DNA of 64,000 bases from Desulfobacteraceae bacterium (GTDB taxonomy: Bacteria > Desulfobacterota > Desulfobacteria > Desulfobacterales > SKZT01): contig JAABTQ010000003.1 in the NCBI GenBank assembly GCA_011389745.1, forward strand, positions 11,520-75,519, in the 5' to 3' direction. Positions 46,450 through 56,667 of this stretch are shown piece after piece. Each line of letters begins with the position of its first letter. Within the stretch, counting starts at the first letter, position 1. Below the pieces are notes generated by a model. That model ran no database searches, was not told the DNA's origin, and saw only the letters and a program-made list of their open reading frames with translations. A program made the translations under genes and the position numbers.

Positions 46450-47730
46450 ATGCTGGAAATCAAGTTTGTTAGGCAAAATTTGTCTTTGGTTCAGGAAGCC
46501 TTAAAAAATCGAAATACAAGTGCGGACCTGGAAATATTTCAAAAAAGTGACGAAGATCGCCGTGAAATCCTTGCACAAGTTGAAAGTTTAAGGCATCGCC
46601 GTAATGTGGTGAGCCAACAGATTGCCGAAATGAAAAAGTCAGGGGACGATGCCGATGATCTTGTCAAAGAAATGCGAGAGGTTGGAAACACCGTCAAAGA
46701 ACTAGAAAACAGCATGACCAAACTCGGTGATGTCCTGAGAAAGCTGTTATTGAGAATTCCCAACATTCCTCACAATTCGACCCCTATTGGAAAAGATGAA
46801 AAAGATAACAGGGTCGTCCGGGTCATTGGAAATCCGACCAATTTTGATTTTGAAGTTAAAGCTCATTGGGATATCGGCGAAGATTTGAAAATTCTGGATT
46901 TTGAACGCGCTTCCCGGATTACCGGTGCGAGGTTTCCACTTTATTTTGGTGCCGGTGCAAAGCTTGAACGATCTTTAATCAATTTTATGATAGATATACA
47001 TACCACTAAACACGGTTATAAGGAGGTCCTTCCACCATTTATCGTCAATCGTGAATCCATAACAAATACCGGCCAATTGCCGAAATTTGAAGAAGATTTG
47101 TTTAAATTGCAGGGTTGGGACTTTTTTTTAATCCCCACGGCCGAGGTGCCCGTAACCAATATTCATCAGAACGAAATTCTGGATGAAGATATCCTTCCTG
47201 TTTATTACGTAGCATATTCTCCCTGTTTTCGTTCCGAAGCGGGGTCATATGGGAAAGACACACGGGGACTGATTCGTCAGCACCAGTTCAACAAAATTGA
47301 GATGGTGAAATTTTCAAAGCCGGAAAATTCATACGATGAGCTGGAAACATTGACGGATAATGCTGAAACCATATTGAAAGCACTTGAACTGCCTTACCGG
47401 GTAATAGCTCTTTGCACCGGCGATCTGGGTTTTTCCGCAGCCAAAACCTATGACCTTGAAGTATGGATGCCTGCGCAGGGGGTGTATCGCGAAATATCAT
47501 CCTGTAGCAATTTTGAAGATTTTCAAGCCAGACGAGGTAATATTCGACTTAAACGAAAGGGGCAAAAAGGAACGGAACTGGTTCACACGCTAAACGGTTC
47601 CGGATTGGCTGTAGGTCGCACGGTGGCCGCCATACTGGAAAACTACCAGCAAATTGACGGCTCCGTTAAAGTTCCCGAGGCTCTAAAACCTTATATGGGC
47701 GGTATGGAAGTAATTCGAGATGAAAATTGA
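46450..47730 (+). CDS. serS: seryl-tRNA synthetase
   Basis: The coiled-coil N-terminal arm is present. Class II motifs [21 protein letters not shown] and [16 protein letters not shown] are present. Confidence 0.95.
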   Translation: MLEIKFVRQNLSLVQEALKNRNTSADLEIFQKSDEDRREILAQVESLRHRRNVVSQQIAEMKKSGDDADDLVKEMREVGNTVKELENSMTKLGDVLRKLLLRIPNIPHNSTPIGKDEKDNRVVRVIGNPTNFDFEVKAHWDIGEDLKILDFERASRITGARFPLYFGAGAKLERSLINFMIDIHTTKHGYKEVLPPFIVNRESITNTGQLPKFEEDLFKLQGWDFFLIPTAEVPVTNIHQNEILDEDILPVYYVAYSPCFRSEAGSYGKDTRGLIRQHQFNKIEMVKFSKPENSYDELETLTDNAETILKALELPYRVIALCTGDLGFSAAKTYDLEVWMPAQGVYREISSCSNFEDFQARRGNIRLKRKGQKGTELVHTLNGSGLAVGRTVAAILENYQQIDGSVKVPEALKPYMGGMEVIRDEN

Positions 47731-49222
47731 TGATTTTCCTGAAAATATAAGACCCTTTATTTTACCGGAACTTAAAGGGCACCTGGTTTACAGGTGCTTG
47801 GGTTGCGGCCTTGAACATAATATCAAAAAACTGCTTTACACCTGTCCGGAATGTGGGAAAGTCCTTTTAATTTATGACCTGAATTTCGACAGACTAAAAC
47901 AAATACCAGGAGAAACATGGCGTCGGATTTTTGATTATCGGAAAATGGTCAGCATTCCGGCTTTAAAGGGGATTTTTCGATATCACGAATTCATTGGCCC
48001 GGTTATTCCTCTGGATTCCATTATTTATCTGGGCGAAGCACATACCCCCATGGTAGAGGCAAACGCCGCCATGCAGGAAAAAGCCGGAATAAAGTTTTAT
48101 TTTAAAAATGACGGCCAAAACCCAAGCGCATCCTTTAAAGACCGTGGAATGGCCAGCGCTTTGAGCTATATCAACCATCTTGTGAAAAATGGCCATATTT
48201 CGGACGTTCTGGCCATCTGTGCTTCTACAGGAGACACTTCGGCTGCGGCCGCCCTTTATGGTGCATACCTTCAACCTCATATCAAATCCGCTGTATTGCT
48301 TCCCCATAAGAAAATAACGGCGCAACAATTGTCCCAGCCATTGGGGAGCGGTGCCAGGGTATTTGAAATTCCGGGAGTATTTGACGACTGTATGAAGGTT
48401 GTGGAAGCGCTTTCCGAACGTTATAATGTAGCACTTCTCAATTCCAAAAATGCCTGGCGAATTCTGGGCCAGGAGTCTTATCCATACGAAATTGCACAGG
48501 ATTTCGAATATGATCTTTCCAACAAAGTAGTGGTTGTACCCATTGGAAATGCCGGCAATATTTCCGCGATTATGAGCGGATTTTTAAAATTTTTCGAAAT
48601 AGGCATCATTGAGACGCTGCCCAAAATAATCGGCGTTCAATCCGAACACGCCAACCCGGTTTTCAAATATTTTCTGGAACCGGATGTTACTAAAAGGAAG
48701 TTTTTCCCGGTAGTCGTAAAAAGCAGTGTCGCCCAGGCAGCCATGATTGGCAATCCTGTATCCATGCCCCGAGTGATACATCTCGCGGAGCAATACAATC
48801 GGTTGGCGGAAAAAGTTAGTGTGTTTGTCGTTCAGGTCACCGAAAAGCAAATTATGGACTGGGAGCTAATAGCCAATAGAAACGGTCATATAGCTTGTCC
48901 CCACGGGGGAGAATGCCTTGCCGGAATTATAGAAGCAAAAAAAGGAGGGCTTATTACTTCCCAGGATGTCGCTGTCCTGGATTCCACAGCCCATACACTA
49001 AAGTTCGCAGGCTTTCAGGAAATGTACTTTTCACGGTCATTTCCGGATGAGTATGAAATATCCTATGATGATACCCTTATAAACGTGCCGACACTGGTAA
49101 ACCCCCAGGATCTTGAAAAACTGCCGGCTCCCGGCAAACCTCTTATTGGTGATGATTTTCAGATATTTGTGGATCGTATTGCCGAGGAAATCGCCAAAAA
49201 TCTCGATCTCAAAAAGGTTTAG
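47720..49222 (+). CDS. thrC: threonine synthase (long form with N-terminal zinc ribbon)
   Basis: The PLP-lysine motif [10 protein letters not shown] is present. The N-terminal CLGCG...CPECG ribbon is present. The gene overlaps serS by 11 nt. Confidence 0.85.
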   Translation: MKIDDFPENIRPFILPELKGHLVYRCLGCGLEHNIKKLLYTCPECGKVLLIYDLNFDRLKQIPGETWRRIFDYRKMVSIPALKGIFRYHEFIGPVIPLDSIIYLGEAHTPMVEANAAMQEKAGIKFYFKNDGQNPSASFKDRGMASALSYINHLVKNGHISDVLAICASTGDTSAAAALYGAYLQPHIKSAVLLPHKKITAQQLSQPLGSGARVFEIPGVFDDCMKVVEALSERYNVALLNSKNAWRILGQESYPYEIAQDFEYDLSNKVVVVPIGNAGNISAIMSGFLKFFEIGIIETLPKIIGVQSEHANPVFKYFLEPDVTKRKFFPVVVKSSVAQAAMIGNPVSMPRVIHLAEQYNRLAEKVSVFVVQVTEKQIMDWELIANRNGHIACPHGGECLAGIIEAKKGGLITSQDVAVLDSTAHTLKFAGFQEMYFSRSFPDEYEISYDDTLINVPTLVNPQDLEKLPAPGKPLIGDDFQIFVDRIAEEIAKNLDLKKV

Positions 49223-49271
49223 GTAGCTAATATCATTAACTTAATGAATAAACATCAAAACAGATTAAAAA

Positions 49272-50039
49272 ATGAAAAATATACGACTTTTGAATATTGT
49301 TGCTTTGATTATAATATATTTGGGCATTTCCATAATATCCTGCGCTCCTAACAGTGAGATTTTAAAAGCGCAGGCGGAAGCCTCCAGAAACCTTGGCGAA
49401 GCCTATATGAATCAAGGGCAATACACAGCAGCTCTGAAAGAACTACTGGAAGCCGAACAAAAATTTCCAAATGACCCGATGATCCATAACGCTCTTGGTT
49501 TAGCTTACATCGCCAAGGAAAGACCAGACCTGGCGGTAGATCATTTTAAAAAAGCCATTAAGCTACAACCCGACCTTTCAATCGCTATAAATAACCTTGG
49601 AAATGCTTATCTTCGATTAAATCAATGGGATGCCGCCATTGAACAATTTCAATCCGTCACCGACGATCTTATCTATGCCACACCACACTTTCCAATGACA
49701 AATCTGGGATTCGCATATTATAATAAGGGTGAATTTGCAAATGCCGAAAAATACTATCAGGAAGCGCTTAAGCTTCAGCCCAAATTCACCATGGCATTAA
49801 GAGGGTTAGGGCGAACCTATTTGAAAATGGGAGAGGTTACCAAGGCGCAGGAAGCATTAAATGAGGCTGTTTCAATTGAACCTGATTTTGCTCCTGCTTA
49901 CATGGATCTGGCCCAGATTTACCTGATGTCGGGGGATATAGAAAAAGCCAAAAATGCATATCAACAAGTGATAAAGATTGCACCTGAAAGTTCCTTTGCC
50001 ATACAAGCCCAAAAAGATTTGGAACAATTGTCCCTTTGA
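49272..50039 (+). CDS. TPR-repeat lipoprotein
   Basis: The lipobox is ISIISC, followed by about six TPR units (e.g. AYMNQGQYTAALKELLEA). Confidence 0.85.
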   Translation: MKNIRLLNIVALIIIYLGISIISCAPNSEILKAQAEASRNLGEAYMNQGQYTAALKELLEAEQKFPNDPMIHNALGLAYIAKERPDLAVDHFKKAIKLQPDLSIAINNLGNAYLRLNQWDAAIEQFQSVTDDLIYATPHFPMTNLGFAYYNKGEFANAEKYYQEALKLQPKFTMALRGLGRTYLKMGEVTKAQEALNEAVSIEPDFAPAYMDLAQIYLMSGDIEKAKNAYQQVIKIAPESSFAIQAQKDLEQLSL

Positions 50040-50046
50040 AAAGTTT

Positions 50047-50079
50047 CCCTTTGGCAAAAGGGGATTTAGGGGGATTTAG
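50047..50079. repeat. hairpin plus tandem GGGGATTTAG x2 (REP-like; probable terminator of the TPR gene)
   Basis: The hairpin is CCCTTT-GGCA-AAAGGG (50047-50062). An exact tandem 10-mer GGGGATTTAG follows at 50060-50069 and 50070-50079. It sits directly upstream of the rsmI ATG. Confidence 0.7.
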
Positions 50080-50082
50080 ATT

Positions 50083-50982
50083 ATGGAGCATACCGATTCC
50101 ATTGCAACCCAAAAAAATACGACCGGCAAACTTTTTGTTGTCGCCACCCCTATTGGGAATATGGAAGATATTACTCTCAGGGCATTAAGGGTTCTATCTG
50201 AAGTTGACCTGATTGCTGCCGAGGATACAAGACACACGGGTAAATTTTTAAAACATCATCAGATTGAAGCTCACTTAATGTCCTGCTACGAGCACAATGA
50301 AGATAAACGTTCCGAAGAACTGATCCATCGTCTTAAAAAAGGGCAAAACATTGCCCTGGTATCGAATGCAGGCACACCATCGGTATCTGATCCCGGATAT
50401 CGAATCATTCAAAAAAGCATTTCCGAAGGCATTCAGGTTATCCCTATTCCGGGTGTTTCAGCCGCCATTGCTTCTCTTTGCGTATCGGGCCTTCCCACGG
50501 ACTCTTTTATTTTCATTGGTTTTGCTCCCAGAAAACAGGGTAAACGCCAAACCCTTTTCCAAAGTCTATCAACAGAAACACGCACGTTGATTTTTTATGA
50601 ATCCCCCCGAAGAATTTTAAATCTTGTGGAAGACCTGCTGATAAACCTGGGCGAACGAAAAGCTGTCCTTGCCAGGGAAATCACCAAGCTTCATGAAGAA
50701 TTTATCCGAGACAGTCTGTCGCAAATCATAAATCAGATAAAATTTAAAGGGGAAATTAAAGGCGAATGTACACTTATAGTAGAAGGACTCACATCTGAAA
50801 TACAAATTTCCGAGGATGACCTTCAGCAGGACATCCTTAAGGCCATGGATCAAACCGGGAAAAAACTTTCCGAAGTTGTAAAAAAAATTGCCGAGCGCCA
50901 TGGAATATCCCGAAAAAAGGTATATGATTTAGCCCTTAAAATAAAAAAAACAAATATGCAAACCAGAGATAATTTTCATTGA
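50083..50982 (+). CDS. rsmI: 16S rRNA (cytidine1402-2'-O)-methyltransferase
   Basis: The tetrapyrrole-methylase fold sequence LFVVATPIGNMEDITLRALRVL...AEDTRHT is present. Confidence 0.92.
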   Translation: MEHTDSIATQKNTTGKLFVVATPIGNMEDITLRALRVLSEVDLIAAEDTRHTGKFLKHHQIEAHLMSCYEHNEDKRSEELIHRLKKGQNIALVSNAGTPSVSDPGYRIIQKSISEGIQVIPIPGVSAAIASLCVSGLPTDSFIFIGFAPRKQGKRQTLFQSLSTETRTLIFYESPRRILNLVEDLLINLGERKAVLAREITKLHEEFIRDSLSQIINQIKFKGEIKGECTLIVEGLTSEIQISEDDLQQDILKAMDQTGKKLSEVVKKIAERHGISRKKVYDLALKIKKTNMQTRDNFH

Positions 50983-51563
50983 ATACGATTTTTCCTGTCT
51001 TGCTGACCGTACCCGATCATGCCAAAAGTTTAAAAGGACGTGAAAAAGTCATGTTCCTGAGCCGACATGCCCGCAAAGCACTCACAATATCCGCTGAGTA
51101 CAAAGGCCTTGCATTTTTCTCATTTCCAAAGGATGGCAATGGTGTCCCGGTTCCTTTTCAGGACCATTTCTGGTCTGTGACCCACAAACCTTTATATGTC
51201 GGAGGAATCGTTGCACCGGAAAATATTGGAATAGATATCGAGAAAATAAGAACCTGTTCAGATGGATTATTTGAAAAGACCGCCCATGATTCCGAATGGA
51301 ATCTTAGCGCCCATCCAAGGTCGTGTGAACTGTTTTTCCGGTTCTGGACAGCCAAGGAAGCTGTCCTGAAAGCCACTGGTGTCGGTATCTCAGGCTTGCT
51401 GAAATGCAATATTGTTGAAATTCCCGATACCCTGCATCTGATTCTAAATTATCAAAACCGATTATGGGTCATTGAGCATCACTTCTTTGACGGGCATATA
51501 GCCACCGTGGTCAAAAATGATTTTGATATCCAATGGATCACACCTTCATCTTTTAATCATTGA
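50979..51563 (+). CDS. 4'-phosphopantetheinyl transferase (Sfp-type)
   Basis: GIDIEKI and WTAKEAVLKATG motifs are present. The TTG start overlaps the rsmI stop, but the true start is uncertain. Confidence 0.8.
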   Translation: MNTIFPVLLTVPDHAKSLKGREKVMFLSRHARKALTISAEYKGLAFFSFPKDGNGVPVPFQDHFWSVTHKPLYVGGIVAPENIGIDIEKIRTCSDGLFEKTAHDSEWNLSAHPRSCELFFRFWTAKEAVLKATGVGISGLLKCNIVEIPDTLHLILNYQNRLWVIEHHFFDGHIATVVKNDFDIQWITPSSFNH

Positions 51564-52148
51564 ATTTCTATGAGGAAATCGAATCTCTTTATACCGATTA
51601 TTGATACCCGCCTTTGCAAAAATCATTTCCGAATTTTCATTGATTGCCCCCCAAAAAGACTCTTTGGACTCAATCGACCCTCTTTCAATGGACGGCGTGA
51701 CGTTTTGCCCGGGATAAGATGATGGAGGGTGAACAACCACAATGTGGTCGTTTTCCATTTTAACGATAGTGCCATTGAAAATTGAATACCATATGCCGAT
51801 TTTTTGCCCATGAGGGCCGAAAATATAGCTTCCGCCGGGAGAAAACCCTAAAGTCCCCTGCATTCCAAGATCAAGCCACATTTTTAAATGCTCGGAGGTC
51901 AGATCGACTTTTTTCCATAAGCTGGTTTTTAAGTTATAATCCTTGTGGATTCCTATGATGGCATAGGGGATGTTTGCGGGGCCACTAAAGTAATAGTTGT
52001 GATCGGGATATACCTGGAAGTTTTCAAAAGATCTTCCTGCCTCACGGCTTTTTTGTATAATCCCGTAATTTCCCGAACAACCCAAAAACATGATGATAGT
52101 CAACAACAGGATTGTGATGATCGAAAAAGACCTATAAAATCTATTCAT
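51546..52148 (-). CDS. hypothetical lipoprotein
   Basis: The signal and lipobox are LLLTIIMFLGCSG. The 3' end overlaps the convergent PPTase gene by 18 nt. The start may be at 52169. Confidence 0.65.
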   Translation of the reverse strand: MNRFYRSFSIITILLLTIIMFLGCSGNYGIIQKSREAGRSFENFQVYPDHNYYFSGPANIPYAIIGIHKDYNLKTSLWKKVDLTSEHLKMWLDLGMQGTLGFSPGGSYIFGPHGQKIGIWYSIFNGTIVKMENDHIVVVHPPSSYPGQNVTPSIERGSIESKESFWGAINENSEMIFAKAGINNRYKEIRFPHRNSMIKR

Positions 52149-52428
52149 ATTACACACTTTTATCATCATGGGTTACCGTCCTTAAAGTTACGTCTGCTTT
52201 AAATTTTAATAAAATATCTGATAAATTAAATTTAATTCCAATTAAAATTGTGTCAATGATTCCTCGACAATCCAAAGTTTCGGAAATTTGAAATTAATCC
52301 AATGGTATTCGTTCTTGATTTTTAGTTCAACTTAACTTTATTATCGGATTTAATTTTTTCTTAATCATTGTGGTCATTCCAAAATGGAATATCCACTGTA
52401 ATGAATTTATCCAAACAAGGAGTAATGT

Positions 52429-55400
52429 ATGCCCAGGCGAAACGACATTAAAAAAATATTAATTATTGGTTCAGGACCGATTATTATCGGTCAAGCATGT
52501 GAATTCGACTATTCCGGAACTCAGGCCTGTAAGGCATTGCGATCTTTAGGTTATGAAATCGTATTGGTCAATTCCAACCCGGCAACGATCATGACGGATC
52601 CGGGTATGGCCGATTTTACTTATATTGAACCGTTAAATGTAAAGGTTATCACTGAAATCATTGCAAAAGAACGCCCTGATGCCATTTTGCCCAATTTAGG
52701 CGGACAAACAGGATTGAACCTTACTTCGGAATTACACCAGGCAGGGGTGCTTAAAAAATATGATGTTAAAGTGATTGGAGTGAGTGTGGATGCCATCCAG
52801 CGTGGTGAAGACCGTACGGCTTTCAAAGAAACCATGAATCGTTTAGGGATTGAGATGCCCGAAAGCACGGCTGTCAACACGGTTGAGGATGCCGAAGCAG
52901 TTGCCAGGGACTTAGGGTATCCGGTGGTGATTCGTCCGGCTTACACCATGGGAGGAACCGGCGGGGGTCTTGTCTACAATGTCGAGGAACTTCGGTTGGT
53001 GGCGGCTCGAGGTCTTGCAGCCAGCCTGGTCAATCAGGTGCTTGTGGAAGAATCCGTGCTCGGGTGGGAAGAACTTGAGCTTGAAGTTGTCCGCGATCCA
53101 AAAAACCAAATGATCACCGTTTGTTTCATTGAAAATGTCGATGCCATGGGAGTGCATACCGGCGATAGTTTCTGCACCGCACCTATGTTGACCATATCGG
53201 CTGAACTTCAACAAAAACTTCAGCAGTATTCATATGCCATTGTAGAGGCTATCGAAGTGATCGGCGGTACCAATATCCAATTTGCCCATGATCCTAAAAC
53301 CGGACGAGTGGTCGTGATTGAAATCAATCCCCGTACTTCAAGGTCATCGGCTTTGGCGTCCAAAGCGACAGGCTTTCCCATTGCCAGGGTCTCCACCTTG
53401 CTTGCAGGCGGTTTGACCCTGGATGAAATCCCTTATTGGCGTGACGGCACATTGGAAAAATATACACCATCAGGAGATTATGTGGTGGTGAAATTTGCCA
53501 GATGGGCTTTTGAAAAATTTGAAGGCATTCAAGACAAACTGGGAACCCAGATGCGCGCGGTCGGAGAAGTGATGAGCATAGGAAAAACCTACAAGGAGGC
53601 TTTTCAAAAAGCAATCCGAAGTCTTGAGATCGGCCGGTACGGTCTTGGATTTGCAAAAAATTTCAATTCACTTTCATTAAACCAGCTTGTGGACAAAATC
53701 AGAGAGCCTAGCAGTGAAAGACATTTTATCATGTACGAAGCTCTTAGAAAAAGAGCAGACATTCAGGAGCTCTATGAAATTACTCATATAAAACCATGGT
53801 TTATTGAACAGATGAAGGAGTTGGTGGATCTCGAAGAAAAAATCCTTGCCTTTAAAGGAAAAACTTTATCTGATGATCTTCTGGTTTGCGCCAAAAAGGA
53901 CGGATTTGCCGATAAATATCTGGCCATGCTGCTGGATCTTAGTGAAAAAGAAATCCGTGAGCATCGTATAAAAATGGGTATTCTGGAAACATGGGAACCC
54001 GTGCCGGTCAGTGGGGTCGAAAATACTGCTTATTATTATTCCACTTATAACGGCCAAGATAAGGTGGACGTCAGTGGTAAGAAAAAAATTATGGTTTTAG
54101 GCGGAGGACCAAACCGGATCGGCCAAGGCATAGAGTTTGACTATTGCTGCGTGCATGCAGCCCTTGCCATCAGAGATGCGGGATTTGAATCGATTATGGT
54201 CAATTGCAACCCCGAAACCGTATCCACCGATTATGATACATCAGACAAGCTTTATTTTGAACCTCTCACAGTAGAGGACGTTCTGAGCATTTATCATAAG
54301 GAAAAGCCTGAAGGTATCATTGTTCAGTTTGGAGGTCAGACACCTTTAAATATCGCCAATGAACTAGCCGAGGCAGGTGTGAATGTTTTAGGAACAACTC
54401 CCGACACCATTGATCTGGCCGAGGATCGGGATCGTTTCAGGCAAATCATGCGCAAACTGGGGATACCCCAGCCTGACTCCGGAATGGCGAAAACCTATGA
54501 AGAAGCCTTTGAAATCGCCAAAAAAATCGGCTATCCGCTGATGGTCAGGCCTTCATATGTGTTAGGTGGAAGGGGCATGGAGATTGTTCACGATGATAAT
54601 ATGCTGAAACGTTATCTTACAGTTGCGGTTGAAGTGACTCCGCAACGACCGATCTTAATTGACAAATTTCTGGATAATGCCATCGAGGCTGAAGCCGACG
54701 CCATTGCCGACGGTTCGGATGCCTTTGTTCCCGCAGTAATGGAACATATCGAACTTGCCGGAATTCATTCAGGAGATTCCGCCTGCGTCATACCCCCCAT
54801 CAGTATCCCTCCTAAACATATCGATACCATCAACGAATATACGCGAAACATGGCCATTGCCTTAAATGTGGTGGGACTGATGAATGTACAATACGCTATT
54901 TTCGAAAACACCGTATATGTGTTGGAAGCCAATCCCAGAGCTTCGCGAACGGTTCCGATCGTTTCCAAGGTGTGCGGAATATCCATGGCCCGTCTGGCAA
55001 CTCAGGTCATGCTTGGCAAAAAGCTTACGGAACTTGGTCTTAAACATAAGCAGATCGCTCATTTTGGTGTAAAAGAGGCGGTTTTTCCTTTTAACATGTT
55101 TCATGAAGTCGACCCGGTGCTGGGACCGGAAATGCGCTCAACCGGAGAAGTCATGGGTATTTCCCATTCCTTTGGTAGGGCCTTTTTCAAAGCTCAGGAA
55201 GCTACCCAAACCACTTTGCCGCTGGAGGGTTCCGTCCTCTTTACTGTAGCGGACAGAGATAAAAATGCCGCACTGGAACCTGTCAGAAGATTTCGGGACC
55301 TGGGATTTATCATTTATGCCACAGAGGGGACCCATGATTTTTTAAAAGAAAACGGTGTCGAGGCCCTGTCGGTTCGAAAGCTCAAATATGGACGCCCCAA

Positions 55401-55629
55401 TCTTGTTGATGCCCTTAAAAACGGAGAAATTCAATTAATTATCAATACGCCCAGTGGAAAGCAAAGCACCGAGGATCATGCGGACATACGCAAGGCTGCC
55501 ATCAAGTACAAAATTCCTTATATCACAACCACTGCCGCCGCAATTGCGGCAGCCAAAGGCATTGCCGCAAGAAGAGAGGGCGCGCCCATTGTCAGATCAA
55601 TTCAACATTACCATGAGCAAATTAAATAA
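52429..55629 (+). CDS. carB: carbamoyl-phosphate synthase large subunit
   Basis: The protein is 1066 aa with a duplicated ATP-grasp halves architecture. It starts MPRRNDIKKILIIGSGPIIIGQACEFDYSGTQA and has a C-terminal MGS-like domain. Confidence 0.97.
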   Translation: MPRRNDIKKILIIGSGPIIIGQACEFDYSGTQACKALRSLGYEIVLVNSNPATIMTDPGMADFTYIEPLNVKVITEIIAKERPDAILPNLGGQTGLNLTSELHQAGVLKKYDVKVIGVSVDAIQRGEDRTAFKETMNRLGIEMPESTAVNTVEDAEAVARDLGYPVVIRPAYTMGGTGGGLVYNVEELRLVAARGLAASLVNQVLVEESVLGWEELELEVVRDPKNQMITVCFIENVDAMGVHTGDSFCTAPMLTISAELQQKLQQYSYAIVEAIEVIGGTNIQFAHDPKTGRVVVIEINPRTSRSSALASKATGFPIARVSTLLAGGLTLDEIPYWRDGTLEKYTPSGDYVVVKFARWAFEKFEGIQDKLGTQMRAVGEVMSIGKTYKEAFQKAIRSLEIGRYGLGFAKNFNSLSLNQLVDKIREPSSERHFIMYEALRKRADIQELYEITHIKPWFIEQMKELVDLEEKILAFKGKTLSDDLLVCAKKDGFADKYLAMLLDLSEKEIREHRIKMGILETWEPVPVSGVENTAYYYSTYNGQDKVDVSGKKKIMVLGGGPNRIGQGIEFDYCCVHAALAIRDAGFESIMVNCNPETVSTDYDTSDKLYFEPLTVEDVLSIYHKEKPEGIIVQFGGQTPLNIANELAEAGVNVLGTTPDTIDLAEDRDRFRQIMRKLGIPQPDSGMAKTYEEAFEIAKKIGYPLMVRPSYVLGGRGMEIVHDDNMLKRYLTVAVEVTPQRPILIDKFLDNAIEAEADAIADGSDAFVPAVMEHIELAGIHSGDSACVIPPISIPPKHIDTINEYTRNMAIALNVVGLMNVQYAIFENTVYVLEANPRASRTVPIVSKVCGISMARLATQVMLGKKLTELGLKHKQIAHFGVKEAVFPFNMFHEVDPVLGPEMRSTGEVMGISHSFGRAFFKAQEATQTTLPLEGSVLFTVADRDKNAALEPVRRFRDLGFIIYATEGTHDFLKENGVEALSVRKLKYGRPNLVDALKNGEIQLIINTPSGKQSTEDHADIRKAAIKYKIPYITTTAAAIAAAKGIAARREGAPIVRSIQHYHEQIK

Positions 55630-55893
55630 AGATAATTATCTCACCAGGTTATTGAATTACGGAAATACTGTTCCTGATGTCATTTCGCGGGAACAGTATC
55701 TCCATGATTATCCATTTGAATGGTAAAAAACCTCCAGTCATCAATTTTCTGTATCATCCAAATAAAATTTAATAGGTTGTAAATCCTCCAAACAAATGAA
55801 ACAAGGGCATTGAAAATCTCAAAAACAACACAATGTTATTGATATGTAAAAATTACAGATCACCCTTTCGTGCAAAAACCAGGAGCCAAAACC

Positions 55894-56247
55894 ATGTTTG
55901 CCGAGTTATCTGAAATACTATGGCCTGCGATTTACCTGCTGGGTTCGCTAATATATTTTATTTTTCTCCAAATGCTGGCTCGTTTGGAATATCGATACAA
56001 AAATAAGATTGATCTTTTATCTGATGAGATCTGCGTGGAAAAACTGGCCGGAATTTACGGCATTAGTGAATATGCACTTTTTCGTGCGGCTGCGGACAAA
56101 TGGCATATCTCTGAAAAAAAAACGGAAGCAGCCTTTAGAACTTACCTGAAATGCGGCGATATTCCCCATTACGTAAGAGATCTTGTGCGGAATCATAAAA
56201 CAGAGATAGCCAAACATGATACACCCAATTTCCATCTTCTCCTGTAA
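55894..56247 (+). CDS. hypothetical membrane-anchored protein
   Basis: It has a single N-terminal TM segment (ILWPAIYLLGSLIYFIFLQML). The ATG at 55894 lies within the ORF-track GTG ORF. Confidence 0.5.
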   Translation: MFAELSEILWPAIYLLGSLIYFIFLQMLARLEYRYKNKIDLLSDEICVEKLAGIYGISEYALFRAAADKWHISEKKTEAAFRTYLKCGDIPHYVRDLVRNHKTEIAKHDTPNFHLLL

Positions 56248-56315
56248 TCCCATAAACTAACCTTTTATAAACATACAACAATCTGTGTGCGTGGCATCAT
56301 GCTTTTAAAAAAGAT

Positions 56316-56345
56316 TTGACAAAGAGTTTTGTACAAATATATGAT
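56316..56345 (+). promoter_or_regulatory. sigma70-like promoter candidate for the liv/acyl-CoA ligase cluster
   Basis: TTGACA (56316-56321) and TATGAT (56340-56345) are separated by an 18-nt spacer. This promoter would give a ~315-nt leader. Confidence 0.35.
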
Positions 56346-56667
56346 ATTTAAACTTTTTATTAAAATGATTTCTGTCTATTAATAATTACTTGACTCATTC
56401 AGGCAAATGGAAATCTACAATCTGTTTTCTGAATCAAATTCAACAAATTACCAATGTGCACTTTATGAAAGATCGCCAGAAAAGATGGTTTTCATTTTTT
56501 AATCCCCATCGGGACCGATTTCCGAAAAAATGCCGGGGGAACCTTAACATTTTTTCTTTAATATTTGACTTATGACTCATATTTTGCAATGTATTCCATT
56601 TTGCCCTGCTTATGATGACAAACCGGTGGCATCCGGAGGAACCATACGTGGAAAGGAGGCCTGACTG

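Noticed and set aside
55613-55726. A 37-codon ORF (MSKLNKDNYLTRLLNYGNTVPDVISREQYLHDYPFEW) overlaps the end of carB.
   Set aside because: It has no RBS and is very short. I have no means to test its conservation, so I kept it out of the feature list.
56292-56306. TGGCATCATGCTTTT resembles a sigma54 -24/-12 element upstream of the liv cluster.
   Set aside because: The GC of the -12 box is not at the required GG-N10-GC spacing; TGC comes 4 nt too early. Other TGGCAC occurrences (6966, 30744, 63582) are inside coding sequence and also mis-spaced.
56390-56575. A 61-aa ORF lies in the liv leader region.
   Set aside because: It has no RBS. Its composition is atypical (Phe/Asn/Lys-rich from AT-rich DNA). 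It overlaps an equally implausible antisense ORF.
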